Positions 40,266 to 51,089 are shown, numbered from the stretch's first letter. The stretch is DNA of 64,000 nucleotides from an uncultured Bacillota bacterium (GCA_949296805.1 CASFPO010000007.1:17291-81290); one strand, 5' to 3'. Translations and numbers: made by a program. Notes: generated by a model from the letters alone, not told the origin.

Positions 40266-42995
40266 TTAAGCGGAGTGGTCGGCATCCCAACAGCAATTTT
40301 TATATTTCTTCCCACTTCCGCAAGGGCAAGGGTCATTTCTGCCCGCTTTTGGCTTATCGTTATATACGGTTTTTTGCACTTGAAGTTTTTGCTTTTTAGC
40401 TTTTTCGGCTCGCTCCTCTGGAGAAAGTTCTTTGCCTGTAAAGAGAATTTTAACTGGCTCTGGTTGTTTTGGCACTTCTCGTCTGATTCTGGCATTGAGC
40501 AGAGTTTTACACGTCATCTCTTTAATCTTTTCTACCATCGAGTCGAACATATCAAAGCCCTCTTTTTTATAGGCAAAGATTGGGTCTTGTTGACCAAATT
40601 GACGAGAGAGGATTTCATCCTTCATAATCTGCATATTTTCAATCTGGCTCATCCAATTTATATCTACCATACGAAGAAGAACATTCCGCTCAATATCTTC
40701 AAAGTTTATGCCAAGCTCTTTTACCTCTTGCACTCGCTCGTCATAGCGTTTGTTTACCTCAGCTAGTACCTTTTCTGTAAGCTCATCCACATCGCAATCT
40801 TCAACAAATTGTTCGTCTATAAGATTGCTTTCCTTTTCAAGAAAGCCATTTTCAAGCTCTTTATTGAGTGCTGGCAAGTTCCATTCATAATATGGGATTT
40901 CGTCAGAGATTATTTTGTTTATGCTAGAGCGTAGCACCTCTGGAAGCATCCTCATAATTTGGTCATGCACAGGCTCGCCATCAAGGACTTTATTTCTCTC
41001 GCTATAGATAATCTCACGTTGCTTATTCATAACATCGTCAAATTGGAGAACAGTCTTTCTGATTGAGAAGTTTTGAAGTTCTACCTTACGCTGAGAGTTT
41101 TCTATCTGTTTTGAGAGTTGTTTAAGCTGGATAGGTGTTGAATCGTCAAACTTAAAGAAGGCTAAGAGCTTACGCAGTCTATCAGTTGCAAATCTTTTGA
41201 ACAGGTCATCATCAAGCGATAAGAAGAACACGCTTGAGCCAGGATCGCCTTGACGGCCTGACCTTCCTCGAAGCTGATTGTCAATTCGCCTAGACTCGTG
41301 TCGCTCAGTTCCGATTATATGAAGTCCGCCTAGAGATATAACTGTTTCCTTTTCTTTATCTGTGATTGCTTTATACTTATTAAATAAGTTGTTATACTCT
41401 TCTCTTGCTCTGTTTAACGCCTCATCTTCAAGGTAGTTAAAAGCGGTTGCATAGGATATCTCCTCATCACTAAAGCCCTTGTCTTTCATCTCCTTTTTAG
41501 CCATAAACTCAGGGTTTCCGCCAAGCAAAATATCAGTACCACGCCCTGCCATATTTGTTGCAATGGTTATTGCACCAACTCTGCCTGCCTGGGCTACGAT
41601 TTCGCTTTCCCTTTCATTATTTTTAGCGTTTAAGACTTGATGTTTGATGCCCTCTTTTTTAAGTTCCTGCGAGAGCATTTCTGACTTATCAATATTGATT
41701 GTACCAATAAGAGCTGGCTGACCTGTCTTTTCGCAGTCCTTTATCTCTTCAATGATTGCCTTAATCTTGCCTTTTTCTGAGATGTACATAATATCTGGGT
41801 AGTCAACTCTCTGCCTTGGTTTATTGGTTGGAATTATAACTACGTCAAGGTTATAAATTGTTCTAAACTCGCCCTCTTCGGTCTTGGCAGTACCTGTCAT
41901 ACCTGAGAGTTTTTTGTACAGCCTAAAGAAGTTTTGGAAGGTTATTGTAGCAAGCGTTTGGTTTTCATCACGGATGTCGACACCTTCTTTAGCCTCAATT
42001 GCCTGATGCAAACCCGAGCTAAATCGTCTACCCGGAGACAGACGGCCGGTAAACTCGTCAACTATGATAACCTCGCCATCTTTGACGATATAGTTTTCAT
42101 CTCGGTGCATAATAAAGTTGGCACGAAGAGCGTTGTTGATATAATGGCTAAGCTCAATATTTTCAATATCAGAAAGGTTGTCTATATGGTAAAAACTTTC
42201 TGCCTTTTTGATACCTTTATCGGTAAGGTTGATTTGTTTGGTCTTGATATCTATTTCAAGATCTACCCCTGCCTTTAAGGTTTTTGCAAAGTTTTGTGCT
42301 ATCTTATAGCCATCGGTTGACTTATTGCCTCTGCCACTGATGATAAGCGGAGTCCTTGCCTCGTCAATCAAGATACTGTCCACCTCGTCGACTATGGCAA
42401 AGTTGAGCCCTCGCTGAACACGAGCGTTTTTGTTGATTGCCATATTATCTCTAAGATAGTCAAAGCCCAGCTCGTTATTTGTTGTATAGGTTATGTCGGC
42501 ATTGTATGCCTCTTTCTTTTGCTTATCATTTTGACCGTTTAGTGAAACTCCAACCGTCAATCCTAAAAATTTATAGACCTTACCCATCCACTCGGCATCA
42601 CGTTTTGCAAGGTATTCGTTTACAGTAACTACATGCACGCCCTTGCCAGTGATAGCATTAAGATAGGCAGGCAAGGTTGCCACCAAGGTTTTACCTTCTC
42701 CTGTAGCCATCTCAGCAATTCTGCCTTGATGGAGAGCAATACCGCCCAAGATTTGCACGTAGAAGTGCCTCATATTTAAAACTCTTGCCGAGGCTTCCCT
42801 TACAACCGCATAGACCTCTGGAAGAAGGTCGTCAAGGCTTTCGCCTACCTTGTATCTATTTTTAAATTCCTCAGTGCAAGCACGCAGTTGGTCATTGGTA
42901 TAATTTTTATACTTCTCTTCAAGAGCGACAACCTTATCTGCAATTTTCTTGAGTTTTTTAACTTGTGCTTTATTTTCATTACCAAAAAGTCCCAT
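40266..42995 (-). CDS. secA: Preprotein translocase ATPase SecA
   Basis: 909 aa. MATGEGKTLVATLP (Walker A), DEVDSILIDEARTPLIISG, C-terminal zinc motif CPCGSGKKYKNCC. Confidence 0.98.
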   Translation of the reverse strand: MGLFGNENKAQVKKLKKIADKVVALEEKYKNYTNDQLRACTEEFKNRYKVGESLDDLLPEVYAVVREASARVLNMRHFYVQILGGIALHQGRIAEMATGEGKTLVATLPAYLNAITGKGVHVVTVNEYLAKRDAEWMGKVYKFLGLTVGVSLNGQNDKQKKEAYNADITYTTNNELGFDYLRDNMAINKNARVQRGLNFAIVDEVDSILIDEARTPLIISGRGNKSTDGYKIAQNFAKTLKAGVDLEIDIKTKQINLTDKGIKKAESFYHIDNLSDIENIELSHYINNALRANFIMHRDENYIVKDGEVIIVDEFTGRLSPGRRFSSGLHQAIEAKEGVDIRDENQTLATITFQNFFRLYKKLSGMTGTAKTEEGEFRTIYNLDVVIIPTNKPRQRVDYPDIMYISEKGKIKAIIEEIKDCEKTGQPALIGTINIDKSEMLSQELKKEGIKHQVLNAKNNERESEIVAQAGRVGAITIATNMAGRGTDILLGGNPEFMAKKEMKDKGFSDEEISYATAFNYLEDEALNRAREEYNNLFNKYKAITDKEKETVISLGGLHIIGTERHESRRIDNQLRGRSGRQGDPGSSVFFLSLDDDLFKRFATDRLRKLLAFFKFDDSTPIQLKQLSKQIENSQRKVELQNFSIRKTVLQFDDVMNKQREIIYSERNKVLDGEPVHDQIMRMLPEVLRSSINKIISDEIPYYEWNLPALNKELENGFLEKESNLIDEQFVEDCDVDELTEKVLAEVNKRYDERVQEVKELGINFEDIERNVLLRMVDINWMSQIENMQIMKDEILSRQFGQQDPIFAYKKEGFDMFDSMVEKIKEMTCKTLLNARIRREVPKQPEPVKILFTGKELSPEERAEKAKKQKLQVQKTVYNDKPKAGRNDPCPCGSGKKYKNCCWDADHSA

Positions 42996-43270
42996 TTAAA
43001 ACAAATTCTCCTTAAAAAATAATCTTACTATAATTTTAACCATTTTTACCTAAAAGTCAAATTTTTTATTGACTTACTATAAAAATTAATGTTACAAAAG
43101 GGCTTTTTTGAAATAAATTCAAGATATTTTAGCGGATTTTTTGCTTATCTTAACTAATTAATTAATTTTATTTTGAAAAAATCAGCCAATTTATTAAAAC
43201 TGCTATTGACTTAAAATAATTATTGTTGTATAATAAACATAAGATATTTTTAGTAAAAAAAGGAGATATT

Positions 43271-45646
43271 ATGGGATTTCTATCAGCAATAAAAAAGAAG
43301 ATTAGCTCTCTTTCCGCTAGCATAAAAGACAGCAGAAGATACCGCCCTGCTTATCTTAAAGAAGCGGTAAAATCTGCCGACCTTAAGAAAGATACTTTTT
43401 CTGGCTACAACGCAGTCAACGGCTTTCAGCTTAGAACAGGCGAGAGCAATTTTATAGAAAAGACAGCCTATTATGAGGACTTTTCTACCGCTCATTTTGA
43501 TAAAAATTTTGCTAAAAAGCACAAAAATATTGATGATGTGCTTGCTTTTGTAAAAAATTTGGCGAATTTTATTCCAGAAAGTGAATACCGCACGCAAATT
43601 AACACTGCAAATAGGCGAAGAAGAGGCTCTTCTTCAAACCCTACTCAGCTTTCGGTAGAAGGGCTATTTGAATACTTTTCGGGCGGGCAGAATTTGAGCG
43701 AAGAGGACATTATCGCCTACTCAAACATTGCCAAAAACACTCAAGCAAAAGCTAGAGCCCTTGCCTATATCAAAGCTAACTTTGTTAGCATTTGCAATAT
43801 GCGTTCTTTATCGGACAAAGACGAAAAGGCAAGTCTTGACAAGTATAAGGAGCTATTTTCTATCATCAAAGATTATTGTGATGAGGACATCAACAAATTT
43901 AATATTACCGAGTTTAACCCAGAAAATATCAATAGTGAAATATTATCTTCAGAGAACAACCTTTTAAAAGGTGCATATTTTGCTCAGATTAGGTGTGACG
44001 AGCTTGTTAAAACAAGGATTAATCAAGAGCTTGCCAAGGCAGAAAAGCTTAACCAGTTTGCCGAGGAGCTTTCTAGCAATATGCAAACTTATGATAAAAG
44101 CATTGAGGCAATTGACAATATAAACAATGCAAAACTTGCAAGAGAGCAAGCCCTCGCCCTTAAACTCGAGGAGACTGACGAAAAGTTAATTGAAGCCCTT
44201 GACTACTTTAGAAGAATGCCTTCTTGCAGTGACAAAACTCTTGAAAAATTATGGATTACTGGCAAGAGAGATGCTAAAAAGGCAGGCACACTTAGACAGC
44301 AAGAGCTACTTGACTCGCTTGAGCGAATGGTTAGGTCAAGTGCCTTTGATATGTATGATGCGATTAGCCAAAAACAAATTGACGCTTTAGACAAGCCTTA
44401 CAGTCAAGAAGAAAGACTTGTAACAGTTTTTGATAGTAATAGTAACGAAACTGACAAAATAGCAAATCTTAGTGCTAAGGACTTTTCTATCTTTGGCGGA
44501 GAAGATGGCGACTATAACGCTTTTATTAATACTCTTGTTTCATATAATGAATATGACGGAGTTGACCACAGTGGCGACATTTTAAGAGTGCGAGTTGATA
44601 ATAGCCAAGACCCACCTATGCTTTACACTGACAGACAAGAAAAGGTGCTTAAAAGCATCTATCTTAAGCTAAACAATTATGCAAAACAGATGGTCAATTC
44701 TGCTGACTTTGATGGCAATCCGCTTAAAAACCTTTGCTACAGCTCACTTAGAAAGTCTATTGACGATAACGCTTTAGACAAACTAGCAACTATTCTTTAT
44801 GGAGACAATGTAAAGCAAGGTCAAATATTTACCTACCCTACTTTTGCCAAGCTTTCAGTAAAACAACTTGAGGCGATTGGCGACTTTGTAACCACTTACA
44901 AACCAGTAAAATCTTTCTTGCAAGACACTGGGCTTAAAGAAAGCGACCTTGACAATTATGAGATTGACAGACAACTTGTTGAGCAACTTTCGCCAGAAAA
45001 ATCTCCAAGATACTGCAAACTTAAATATGTGATGAACTCTATGCAACGCAGTGCCCTTGAGTATAACCGAGAAACTTTAAAGCAAAGGCAGGAGCAGAAT
45101 GAAAAAGCCATCAACTCAAATCTTGTAGACAGCGAAACTTTATTTGAAGATGCAAAGATTTGCTTAGAAAATATTCAAGATATATACGATGAAAACAAAA
45201 CGATTGAAGAAAAAGAAGAATATGAAATTGCACCTGACACCGTAGCCCAAGGTGCTGACAGCAACAATGACGCTAAGGATAGAATTGACACCTTTGCATA
45301 TGGTATGTTACAAAGTGCTTTCCTTCCTGATGAGCCAGAACAAATCAATCAAAACACCGTACGTTTGGGCAAAATACAACCAAGCAACAGATTAGCCTTT
45401 GAAGAGAAAACTTTTGAAGAGAACATTGACGAACTTGTACAACTAACCAAAGATACCCTAAAGGATTATTCAAATGACCTTAAAAAATTGCCTAAACTTA
45501 CTAAAAAGCAAAAGGCAGAGCTTTACGCAAAGCATATAACCGCTAGCGACTATAAAACTATCAGCAATTGGACAAATTTTATTAGTGAGACGGTTAAAGC
45601 GTTGCAAACTAGTGAAAACTTCCAAGAAAATGAAAGTTCAATTTAA
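43271..45646 (+). CDS. Large hypothetical protein (791 aa), predominantly helical, N-terminal amphipathic MGFLSAIKKKISSL
   Basis: Start moved to ATG 43271 (AAAGGAG RBS). No TM segment, signal peptide or catalytic motif recognised. Confidence 0.7.
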   Translation: MGFLSAIKKKISSLSASIKDSRRYRPAYLKEAVKSADLKKDTFSGYNAVNGFQLRTGESNFIEKTAYYEDFSTAHFDKNFAKKHKNIDDVLAFVKNLANFIPESEYRTQINTANRRRRGSSSNPTQLSVEGLFEYFSGGQNLSEEDIIAYSNIAKNTQAKARALAYIKANFVSICNMRSLSDKDEKASLDKYKELFSIIKDYCDEDINKFNITEFNPENINSEILSSENNLLKGAYFAQIRCDELVKTRINQELAKAEKLNQFAEELSSNMQTYDKSIEAIDNINNAKLAREQALALKLEETDEKLIEALDYFRRMPSCSDKTLEKLWITGKRDAKKAGTLRQQELLDSLERMVRSSAFDMYDAISQKQIDALDKPYSQEERLVTVFDSNSNETDKIANLSAKDFSIFGGEDGDYNAFINTLVSYNEYDGVDHSGDILRVRVDNSQDPPMLYTDRQEKVLKSIYLKLNNYAKQMVNSADFDGNPLKNLCYSSLRKSIDDNALDKLATILYGDNVKQGQIFTYPTFAKLSVKQLEAIGDFVTTYKPVKSFLQDTGLKESDLDNYEIDRQLVEQLSPEKSPRYCKLKYVMNSMQRSALEYNRETLKQRQEQNEKAINSNLVDSETLFEDAKICLENIQDIYDENKTIEEKEEYEIAPDTVAQGADSNNDAKDRIDTFAYGMLQSAFLPDEPEQINQNTVRLGKIQPSNRLAFEEKTFEENIDELVQLTKDTLKDYSNDLKKLPKLTKKQKAELYAKHITASDYKTISNWTNFISETVKALQTSENFQENESSI

Positions 45647-45653
45647 TAACTTT

Positions 45654-45681
45654 AAAAAAGCATAAATTTTATGCTTTTTTT
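45654..45681 (+). terminator. Intrinsic terminator between the two large hypothetical genes
   Basis: GCATA (45660-45664)/TATGC (45670-45674) core within AGCATAAATTTTATGCT, then T7. Confidence 0.75.
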
Positions 45682-45724
45682 GTTGACCCAAAAGTATTAA
45701 AATTTTGCCCTTCCGCCATTTTTC

Positions 45725-45753
45725 TTGACAAATAACTTATATAATGATATTAT
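45725..45753 (+). promoter_or_regulatory. Candidate promoter of the 1765-aa gene
   Basis: TTGACA (45725-45730), 17 nt, TATTAT (45748-45753). Confidence 0.5.
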
Positions 45754-45785
45754 TATACTATAATACTTTATACAAAGGAGTAAAT

Positions 45786-48700
45786 ATGGCAGTAGAAAAT
45801 TCTGTTTCTATTAACGTAGATGTTAACGCACAAAACTCAGAAGGCAAACCGCTTAGTCAAAAAATAACAATGCACAACAAGCATTTTTGGGACGAAGACT
45901 CTTATTTTGCTTGTAGCGATGGCAGTGATAACCTTTTGCAAGTGGGACCTAAAAAATTAGTTCACTATTTTACCCTTAGCGGACTTGACAAATTTTTATC
46001 AGAGGATGGGCGATCGCTTTCAGCTGACAGCACACTTGCCTCTATCCTAACAAAAGGTATTTCCCTTGGAATGCACTCTTTGCAGGTAAGCCAAAATGGT
46101 AAAGACCTTAATATTGATATTGACGCCTCGGGCTACCATATCTCTGTTACACCAAGACAAATTACTTTAACTTATTCTAGTGGCGAGGAGAAGAAAAGCT
46201 ATTCTTACTCGTCAGAGGGCTGTGTTGATGTATCTTTTAATGCCATTGTAGTTATAAATATGCTGCTTTCTGAGCGAGCTACCACTGTAAAAAGTGCTGA
46301 AGATATTTATGACATACCACCTTATTTGCTTGGAATGTATTTTAAAAATCACAAAGATGACTTTACTAACAAGATAGACAAAACAAAGCTTACAAAAATC
46401 ACTTTTACTGAAGATGGACAGCCTTACTGCTTTGTTACCCACGTCAATAAAAAAAATGAAAGAGAAGTTTTGCTTTTTACAGGCGGAAAACTAGTACCTT
46501 TACAAGATATTATGGAGCCTCAGTATGACCCGTCTACCAACAGCTATAACCTTGTTGCTACTTCAAAATCGGCTGAGCATCCAGAACACTTTGCTATACC
46601 TATTGAAGTAGACGAAGAGGGCTTTATTTCTGACAAAACTTTAACAGGACTTTCTGTTCTATTTGTTGAAACCAGACTTGATTATGATGTTACCGCACCA
46701 GATGGAACGTATATAGACTTTATTAATGAGGTAGATGGCAAGGAAAAACTAAATAAAGACGCTTTTGTTGAAAAAGGCACTATAGAATATACCCCAAACT
46801 TTTTTGCCATAATGCCAGTAGAGGCTGAAGGTAACGAGGCTGAGGGTGACGCTAGTAGCACAAGTGGTAGCGAAGAGGCAACAGGAACTGGTGGCGAAGA
46901 TCCAGCAGGTGCTGGTAGCGAAGAGCCTACGGGAGCTGAAAGTGAAGAGTCGGCAGAAACCAGTGGCAGTGCGTCAGCAGGAGAACCAGCAGGAGCTGAT
47001 GGTGGAGAGCCAGCTGGTGCGGGGGCTGGTGGCGGAGCTGGTGCTAGTGCGTCATCTGGTGCGGGAGATAGAAGCGGAGAGGCTTCTGGCAAACCACATG
47101 CCAACAATCCATACCTTAACTACTACAATTATCAAAACAGTGCTGAAGCCAAGCAAGAGCTTAAAGAGAGAAATGCTCAATTTAAGGCAAATATGCAAAC
47201 TTTTAACACTGCAATGGGCGACAGTTTGTTCGGAGTTGGTGCTATTATGACGCTTGTTTCACTTATACCAGGGGTTGGGCTTGCAGTAATGATACCTGGG
47301 TTGATACTATCTTGCGTAGGACTTGTGCAAACAACTTTTGCCGATGACCTTGTATTTAGTCCTTTTAAGGTTGCAAAACACAAGATAAGAGATTACCGAT
47401 TTGAAGAGGGAGAAGAATTTGAGTACCGTAGCAAGTTTTTAGAGCGAGAGAAGGAGCTTGACAGACTGCACGAAAATTCGCAGGAGGCGTTAAGTGAATT
47501 TCTTTCAATATACTCAAATTTAGGCGAAGGCGAAAATACCTTTGCCCTCACTTTGGCAGAGCTATTTAACAGCAATGGTGTGGGCATAGCTATAGACGGC
47601 GACAAGATGTCACAACTCCACTCGCTTGACCATTTAGACCAAAGTATAGCTATGGCGTCTATCCTTGAGCAGATAGCGAGCGAAACGTCAGAAGAAGAAA
47701 AAGCCAAGCTTATTGAAAGTTTTGCAGACAATTATTTTCAAGACTTAACCGAGGAGCAGTTAAATTTAATTAATACCACCCTCTTCAGTGACAGTAACAA
47801 AGAAGGGCTAAAGGCTTATTTAAGGCAACTAAACCAAACAAATACCGTTTTAGCACAAGAGAGAACACTGTTTAACTCTCAGCAACAGGAGCTTGATAAT
47901 GCGACCATCTATCGAATAAAGTTTTTTGCTAGCACGCCACAGCTTTCTGAGGAGCAGAGAGTAAAATTATTTGAGAGATATGGCGAAGATATTATAAAAT
48001 TTGCCCTTACTAAATATAACGGCTCTGCGCAGATTCTAGAAAGTATTGTATCCTCTGCGCCAGAGGGCACTCAAGCTCAGCTTAACGAGATACTTGACAA
48101 CGCTTTTGATAGGGTTCAAGCCAAGTTTGACTCAATAGATAAGCAAGCGTCTGACAATGTTGCAAAACACGAGCAAGTAGAGGTTTTGCGTGGGTTTGCT
48201 GGTGCTATATCACAGCTTGAAAATGTGGGCGACAATCTTGTGACAATTGACCAGCTTAGCCAATCGGTAAAGGAGTTTACAAATGGTTGCACTCAGCTCT
48301 TGCATCAAGACAGCAAAGCAATGGAAAGCCTTGGCGCAATTGCTGATGCATTAGTTCGAGGCAAGTCTCATCTTGACGCTTCGCATAGAAATGAACAATC
48401 TATTCTCAATCAAATTGCTAGCTATTTTGCAGGGTTTGAGGATACTTCGGCTGAGGCTACAAGTTTGACTGACAAGCAAAAGGAATGTTTTGAAAAACTT
48501 GAAGAGGCAGGCTTTTATAAAGAGATTGCCACTTTGTATCAGCATCAATCGACTCGCACTTTGCTTCCAGCTTTATCTGGCAAGGTAGAGAGCGAGGAGA
48601 GTATAATTAATATTGTAGACATTTTGGCAAAGGAGAGGTTACTCTCTGTTATTGAAGAGGCTAGCAAGAGCAGTGGCGCACGAACACTGCTGAGCAAAAA

Positions 48701-51083
48701 GACTCCTCAAGAGCTTGCCGAGATGATAGAGGTAGCAGACGATGGCACAGTAACTGTTAATTTTGGCGGAGTAAGTTTTGAGTACACAAACGAAGATAAG
48801 CAAGAGTGCTTGTCCACTCTTGACTATGTAAATGCAAGAGCCGAATATGACAAGGAGAAAAATAAAACTGCAATAAACCTTATAGATGACAATTTTGTTA
48901 AGCTTGCCTTGACCGATGTAAATAACTCTAGCTCGCCTATTGCAAGGTTTGACAGTGCAAGCGGAAGCTATATAGTTGAAAATTATAATGACTCTGAGCA
49001 CCCTACGATAACAACAGAGGCAGAATTATTTGCAGACCTTGAGCGAAGATACCCTAGCTTTGCCTCTTACGATGAGGAGACTAAGCGAAGGTTTGTGCTT
49101 ACTAAACTTGGTCTAGAAGGTCAGCAAGCAAGGCTTAAACATATGACAGAAAAGCTTAACCTAATCTCAGAGCGAGAAGAGTTAAGGCTTGAGAGCGAGA
49201 TTAAAAAGGGCGTAAATGTTGAGGCTAATAAAACCAAAAAGGCTGAGCTTAATGCAAGACGCACGGCAAAAGAGCAGGAATACGAGGTGTTATCTGCCAT
49301 CTACAGTAATGCGGAAGAGCTAATAAATGCTATTTTAAGTGGAAAGGTTGACCGCTTGTATGATGACCTAACTATCAGAAAAACCTTAGAAGATGAGGTA
49401 GACCTTGACTCTACTACCCTCTCCGACCTTGGCGCAGAAGTGAGCAAAAAGGTTGTGCAGTACACTGCGTTTGAAAAGCTTATCACTGACTTGCCATTAT
49501 CGGAGCAAGAGAAAAAGGATATAACTCAAGCTATCAAGACCAACCTTTCTACTCACAGTACCACACCACTTGACCAAATAGTTAGAGAGGAGCTAAAACC
49601 TTATCTAGAGAGTGCTACTGTTGACGGAAAAACTTGTCAGGCAATCTTGACACCTTTCTTTGAAGATGGCAAGCTTGACGGCAAGAAAACCGAAGAATTT
49701 TGTCAAAGCAAGGACGAGTTAATCGATAAGAGAACAAAATTAAATCTGACTTCAGCTAAATTCCTCTTTGGCGATAAATACACCAAAAAGCAGTATAAAA
49801 CTAGCAAAAATAGAGCCAAGGCAACAGAGCAGACCTATACTGACTATGTTGACTTCTTTGCAAAAAATAGCAAGTTTGACAGCAGAACTAAAAAGACCCC
49901 ACTCTACCCTGACAAAACTTTTGAAAGTGAAGAAGAGCTAAAAGAGCAAATTATTAGCGACCTAGCAAAAGCTAAAACAAAAAGAGCGCAAGATAAAGTT
50001 ATCTCTGGCTTTGCAATAGCGTTGGGCTGTGAAAAAGAGTACAAGTCTGCTAAAAAACTTATTGCCGATAAAAATATACAAAATGACGACAATAGAACTT
50101 ATATTAAGGCTACCGCAACAAAGAGCAAACGCCAAAGGGCTCACGAAAAGGTAGAGTCGTTTGTTCAAGACCTACTTAGCTCTGATTTGACAACTGCTGA
50201 CAAAATTGAAGAAGAAAAGCTTAGACAAAAAGTATTTGACCATCAACAAGCGTTTGACGCTATGGGTGTTTCTGCAAAAACACTGATTGAAACTTTGCAA
50301 AATGACAAATTAACCCAAGAGCAGAAGGAAGAAAAAATTAAAGAATGGCAAGAGCAGTATAACCTTAATAGAGAACTTGACGATATGCAACTTGATGACA
50401 TCATTGCAGTTGCAGATGAGGCAAGGTTTGGCGCAACGGAAGAAGATAGAGCTAAAATAAGAGCAAAAGCTATATACAAGAGGCAAAAAAGCGCTTATGC
50501 AATATACAGCAAAAAGAGCAAGTTGATAGAAAAGTTTTTGACCGAAAACCCAACCTATCCTTATGCACAAGAACTTATTAACGCCTTTGCAAAGGGCGAC
50601 CAAAGTTTCTTTGATTTGCACCCTGAGGCTAGGCAAGAAGGACTTTCTTTTGACGTAAACGATTTACACTATATGCAATATCTTGGCATAGATAGTTCTT
50701 CCTTTACAGGAAAAACAGTAGGAAAAAATCCTTCGCTTTCTGATAAAGAGAGAAAGAAGTTTGAAAAGACCTTAAAGAAAACTGCTCAAAAACTGACAGA
50801 AAAATTGCAAGAAGAAAGAGCAATGGCAACCGTTAGAATGGAGCAGAACTATAAAGCTTTTAGCAATCAGACCAAGGATGTAAATACCACTTATGGACGT
50901 GACAAAACAAGAAATAGAGATGCACGTGATGAAAATATAGTGCCACTATCTATCGCCCTGCAAAGACTTAAACTTGCAAGACAAAAAACCACTGCTCAAG
51001 AGCATACGCCGTCTGCTCCTAGCGCTGAAGCGACTAGAGTAACAGCGTCAGCACGTGAAGATGAAGGACGAGAAAGCGAATAA
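45786..51083 (+). CDS. Very large hypothetical protein (1765 aa): N-terminal globular region, acidic G/A/E/S disordered segment, TM hairpin, ~1250-aa E/K-rich helical region
   Basis: Start moved to MAVENSVSINV (ATG 45786, AAAGGAG RBS). TM hairpin FGVGAIMTLVSLIPGVGLAVMIPGLILSCVGLV. No P-loop or other catalytic motif seen. Confidence 0.75.
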   Translation: MAVENSVSINVDVNAQNSEGKPLSQKITMHNKHFWDEDSYFACSDGSDNLLQVGPKKLVHYFTLSGLDKFLSEDGRSLSADSTLASILTKGISLGMHSLQVSQNGKDLNIDIDASGYHISVTPRQITLTYSSGEEKKSYSYSSEGCVDVSFNAIVVINMLLSERATTVKSAEDIYDIPPYLLGMYFKNHKDDFTNKIDKTKLTKITFTEDGQPYCFVTHVNKKNEREVLLFTGGKLVPLQDIMEPQYDPSTNSYNLVATSKSAEHPEHFAIPIEVDEEGFISDKTLTGLSVLFVETRLDYDVTAPDGTYIDFINEVDGKEKLNKDAFVEKGTIEYTPNFFAIMPVEAEGNEAEGDASSTSGSEEATGTGGEDPAGAGSEEPTGAESEESAETSGSASAGEPAGADGGEPAGAGAGGGAGASASSGAGDRSGEASGKPHANNPYLNYYNYQNSAEAKQELKERNAQFKANMQTFNTAMGDSLFGVGAIMTLVSLIPGVGLAVMIPGLILSCVGLVQTTFADDLVFSPFKVAKHKIRDYRFEEGEEFEYRSKFLEREKELDRLHENSQEALSEFLSIYSNLGEGENTFALTLAELFNSNGVGIAIDGDKMSQLHSLDHLDQSIAMASILEQIASETSEEEKAKLIESFADNYFQDLTEEQLNLINTTLFSDSNKEGLKAYLRQLNQTNTVLAQERTLFNSQQQELDNATIYRIKFFASTPQLSEEQRVKLFERYGEDIIKFALTKYNGSAQILESIVSSAPEGTQAQLNEILDNAFDRVQAKFDSIDKQASDNVAKHEQVEVLRGFAGAISQLENVGDNLVTIDQLSQSVKEFTNGCTQLLHQDSKAMESLGAIADALVRGKSHLDASHRNEQSILNQIASYFAGFEDTSAEATSLTDKQKECFEKLEEAGFYKEIATLYQHQSTRTLLPALSGKVESEESIINIVDILAKERLLSVIEEASKSSGARTLLSKKTPQELAEMIEVADDGTVTVNFGGVSFEYTNEDKQECLSTLDYVNARAEYDKEKNKTAINLIDDNFVKLALTDVNNSSSPIARFDSASGSYIVENYNDSEHPTITTEAELFADLERRYPSFASYDEETKRRFVLTKLGLEGQQARLKHMTEKLNLISEREELRLESEIKKGVNVEANKTKKAELNARRTAKEQEYEVLSAIYSNAEELINAILSGKVDRLYDDLTIRKTLEDEVDLDSTTLSDLGAEVSKKVVQYTAFEKLITDLPLSEQEKKDITQAIKTNLSTHSTTPLDQIVREELKPYLESATVDGKTCQAILTPFFEDGKLDGKKTEEFCQSKDELIDKRTKLNLTSAKFLFGDKYTKKQYKTSKNRAKATEQTYTDYVDFFAKNSKFDSRTKKTPLYPDKTFESEEELKEQIISDLAKAKTKRAQDKVISGFAIALGCEKEYKSAKKLIADKNIQNDDNRTYIKATATKSKRQRAHEKVESFVQDLLSSDLTTADKIEEEKLRQKVFDHQQAFDAMGVSAKTLIETLQNDKLTQEQKEEKIKEWQEQYNLNRELDDMQLDDIIAVADEARFGATEEDRAKIRAKAIYKRQKSAYAIYSKKSKLIEKFLTENPTYPYAQELINAFAKGDQSFFDLHPEARQEGLSFDVNDLHYMQYLGIDSSSFTGKTVGKNPSLSDKERKKFEKTLKKTAQKLTEKLQEERAMATVRMEQNYKAFSNQTKDVNTTYGRDKTRNRDARDENIVPLSIALQRLKLARQKTTAQEHTPSAPSAEATRVTASAREDEGRESE

Positions 51084-51089
51084 AAGTAA

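Noticed and set aside
40212-40766. 184-aa plus-strand ORF overlapping the secA 3' end, and similar long antisense ORFs (3802-4620 in cysS, 52032-52595 in ychF, 53200-53595 in rlmB, 62343-62750 in gyrA)
   Set aside because: They lie entirely inside confidently identified conserved genes on the opposite strand. They have no RBS and their composition is typical of antisense frames.
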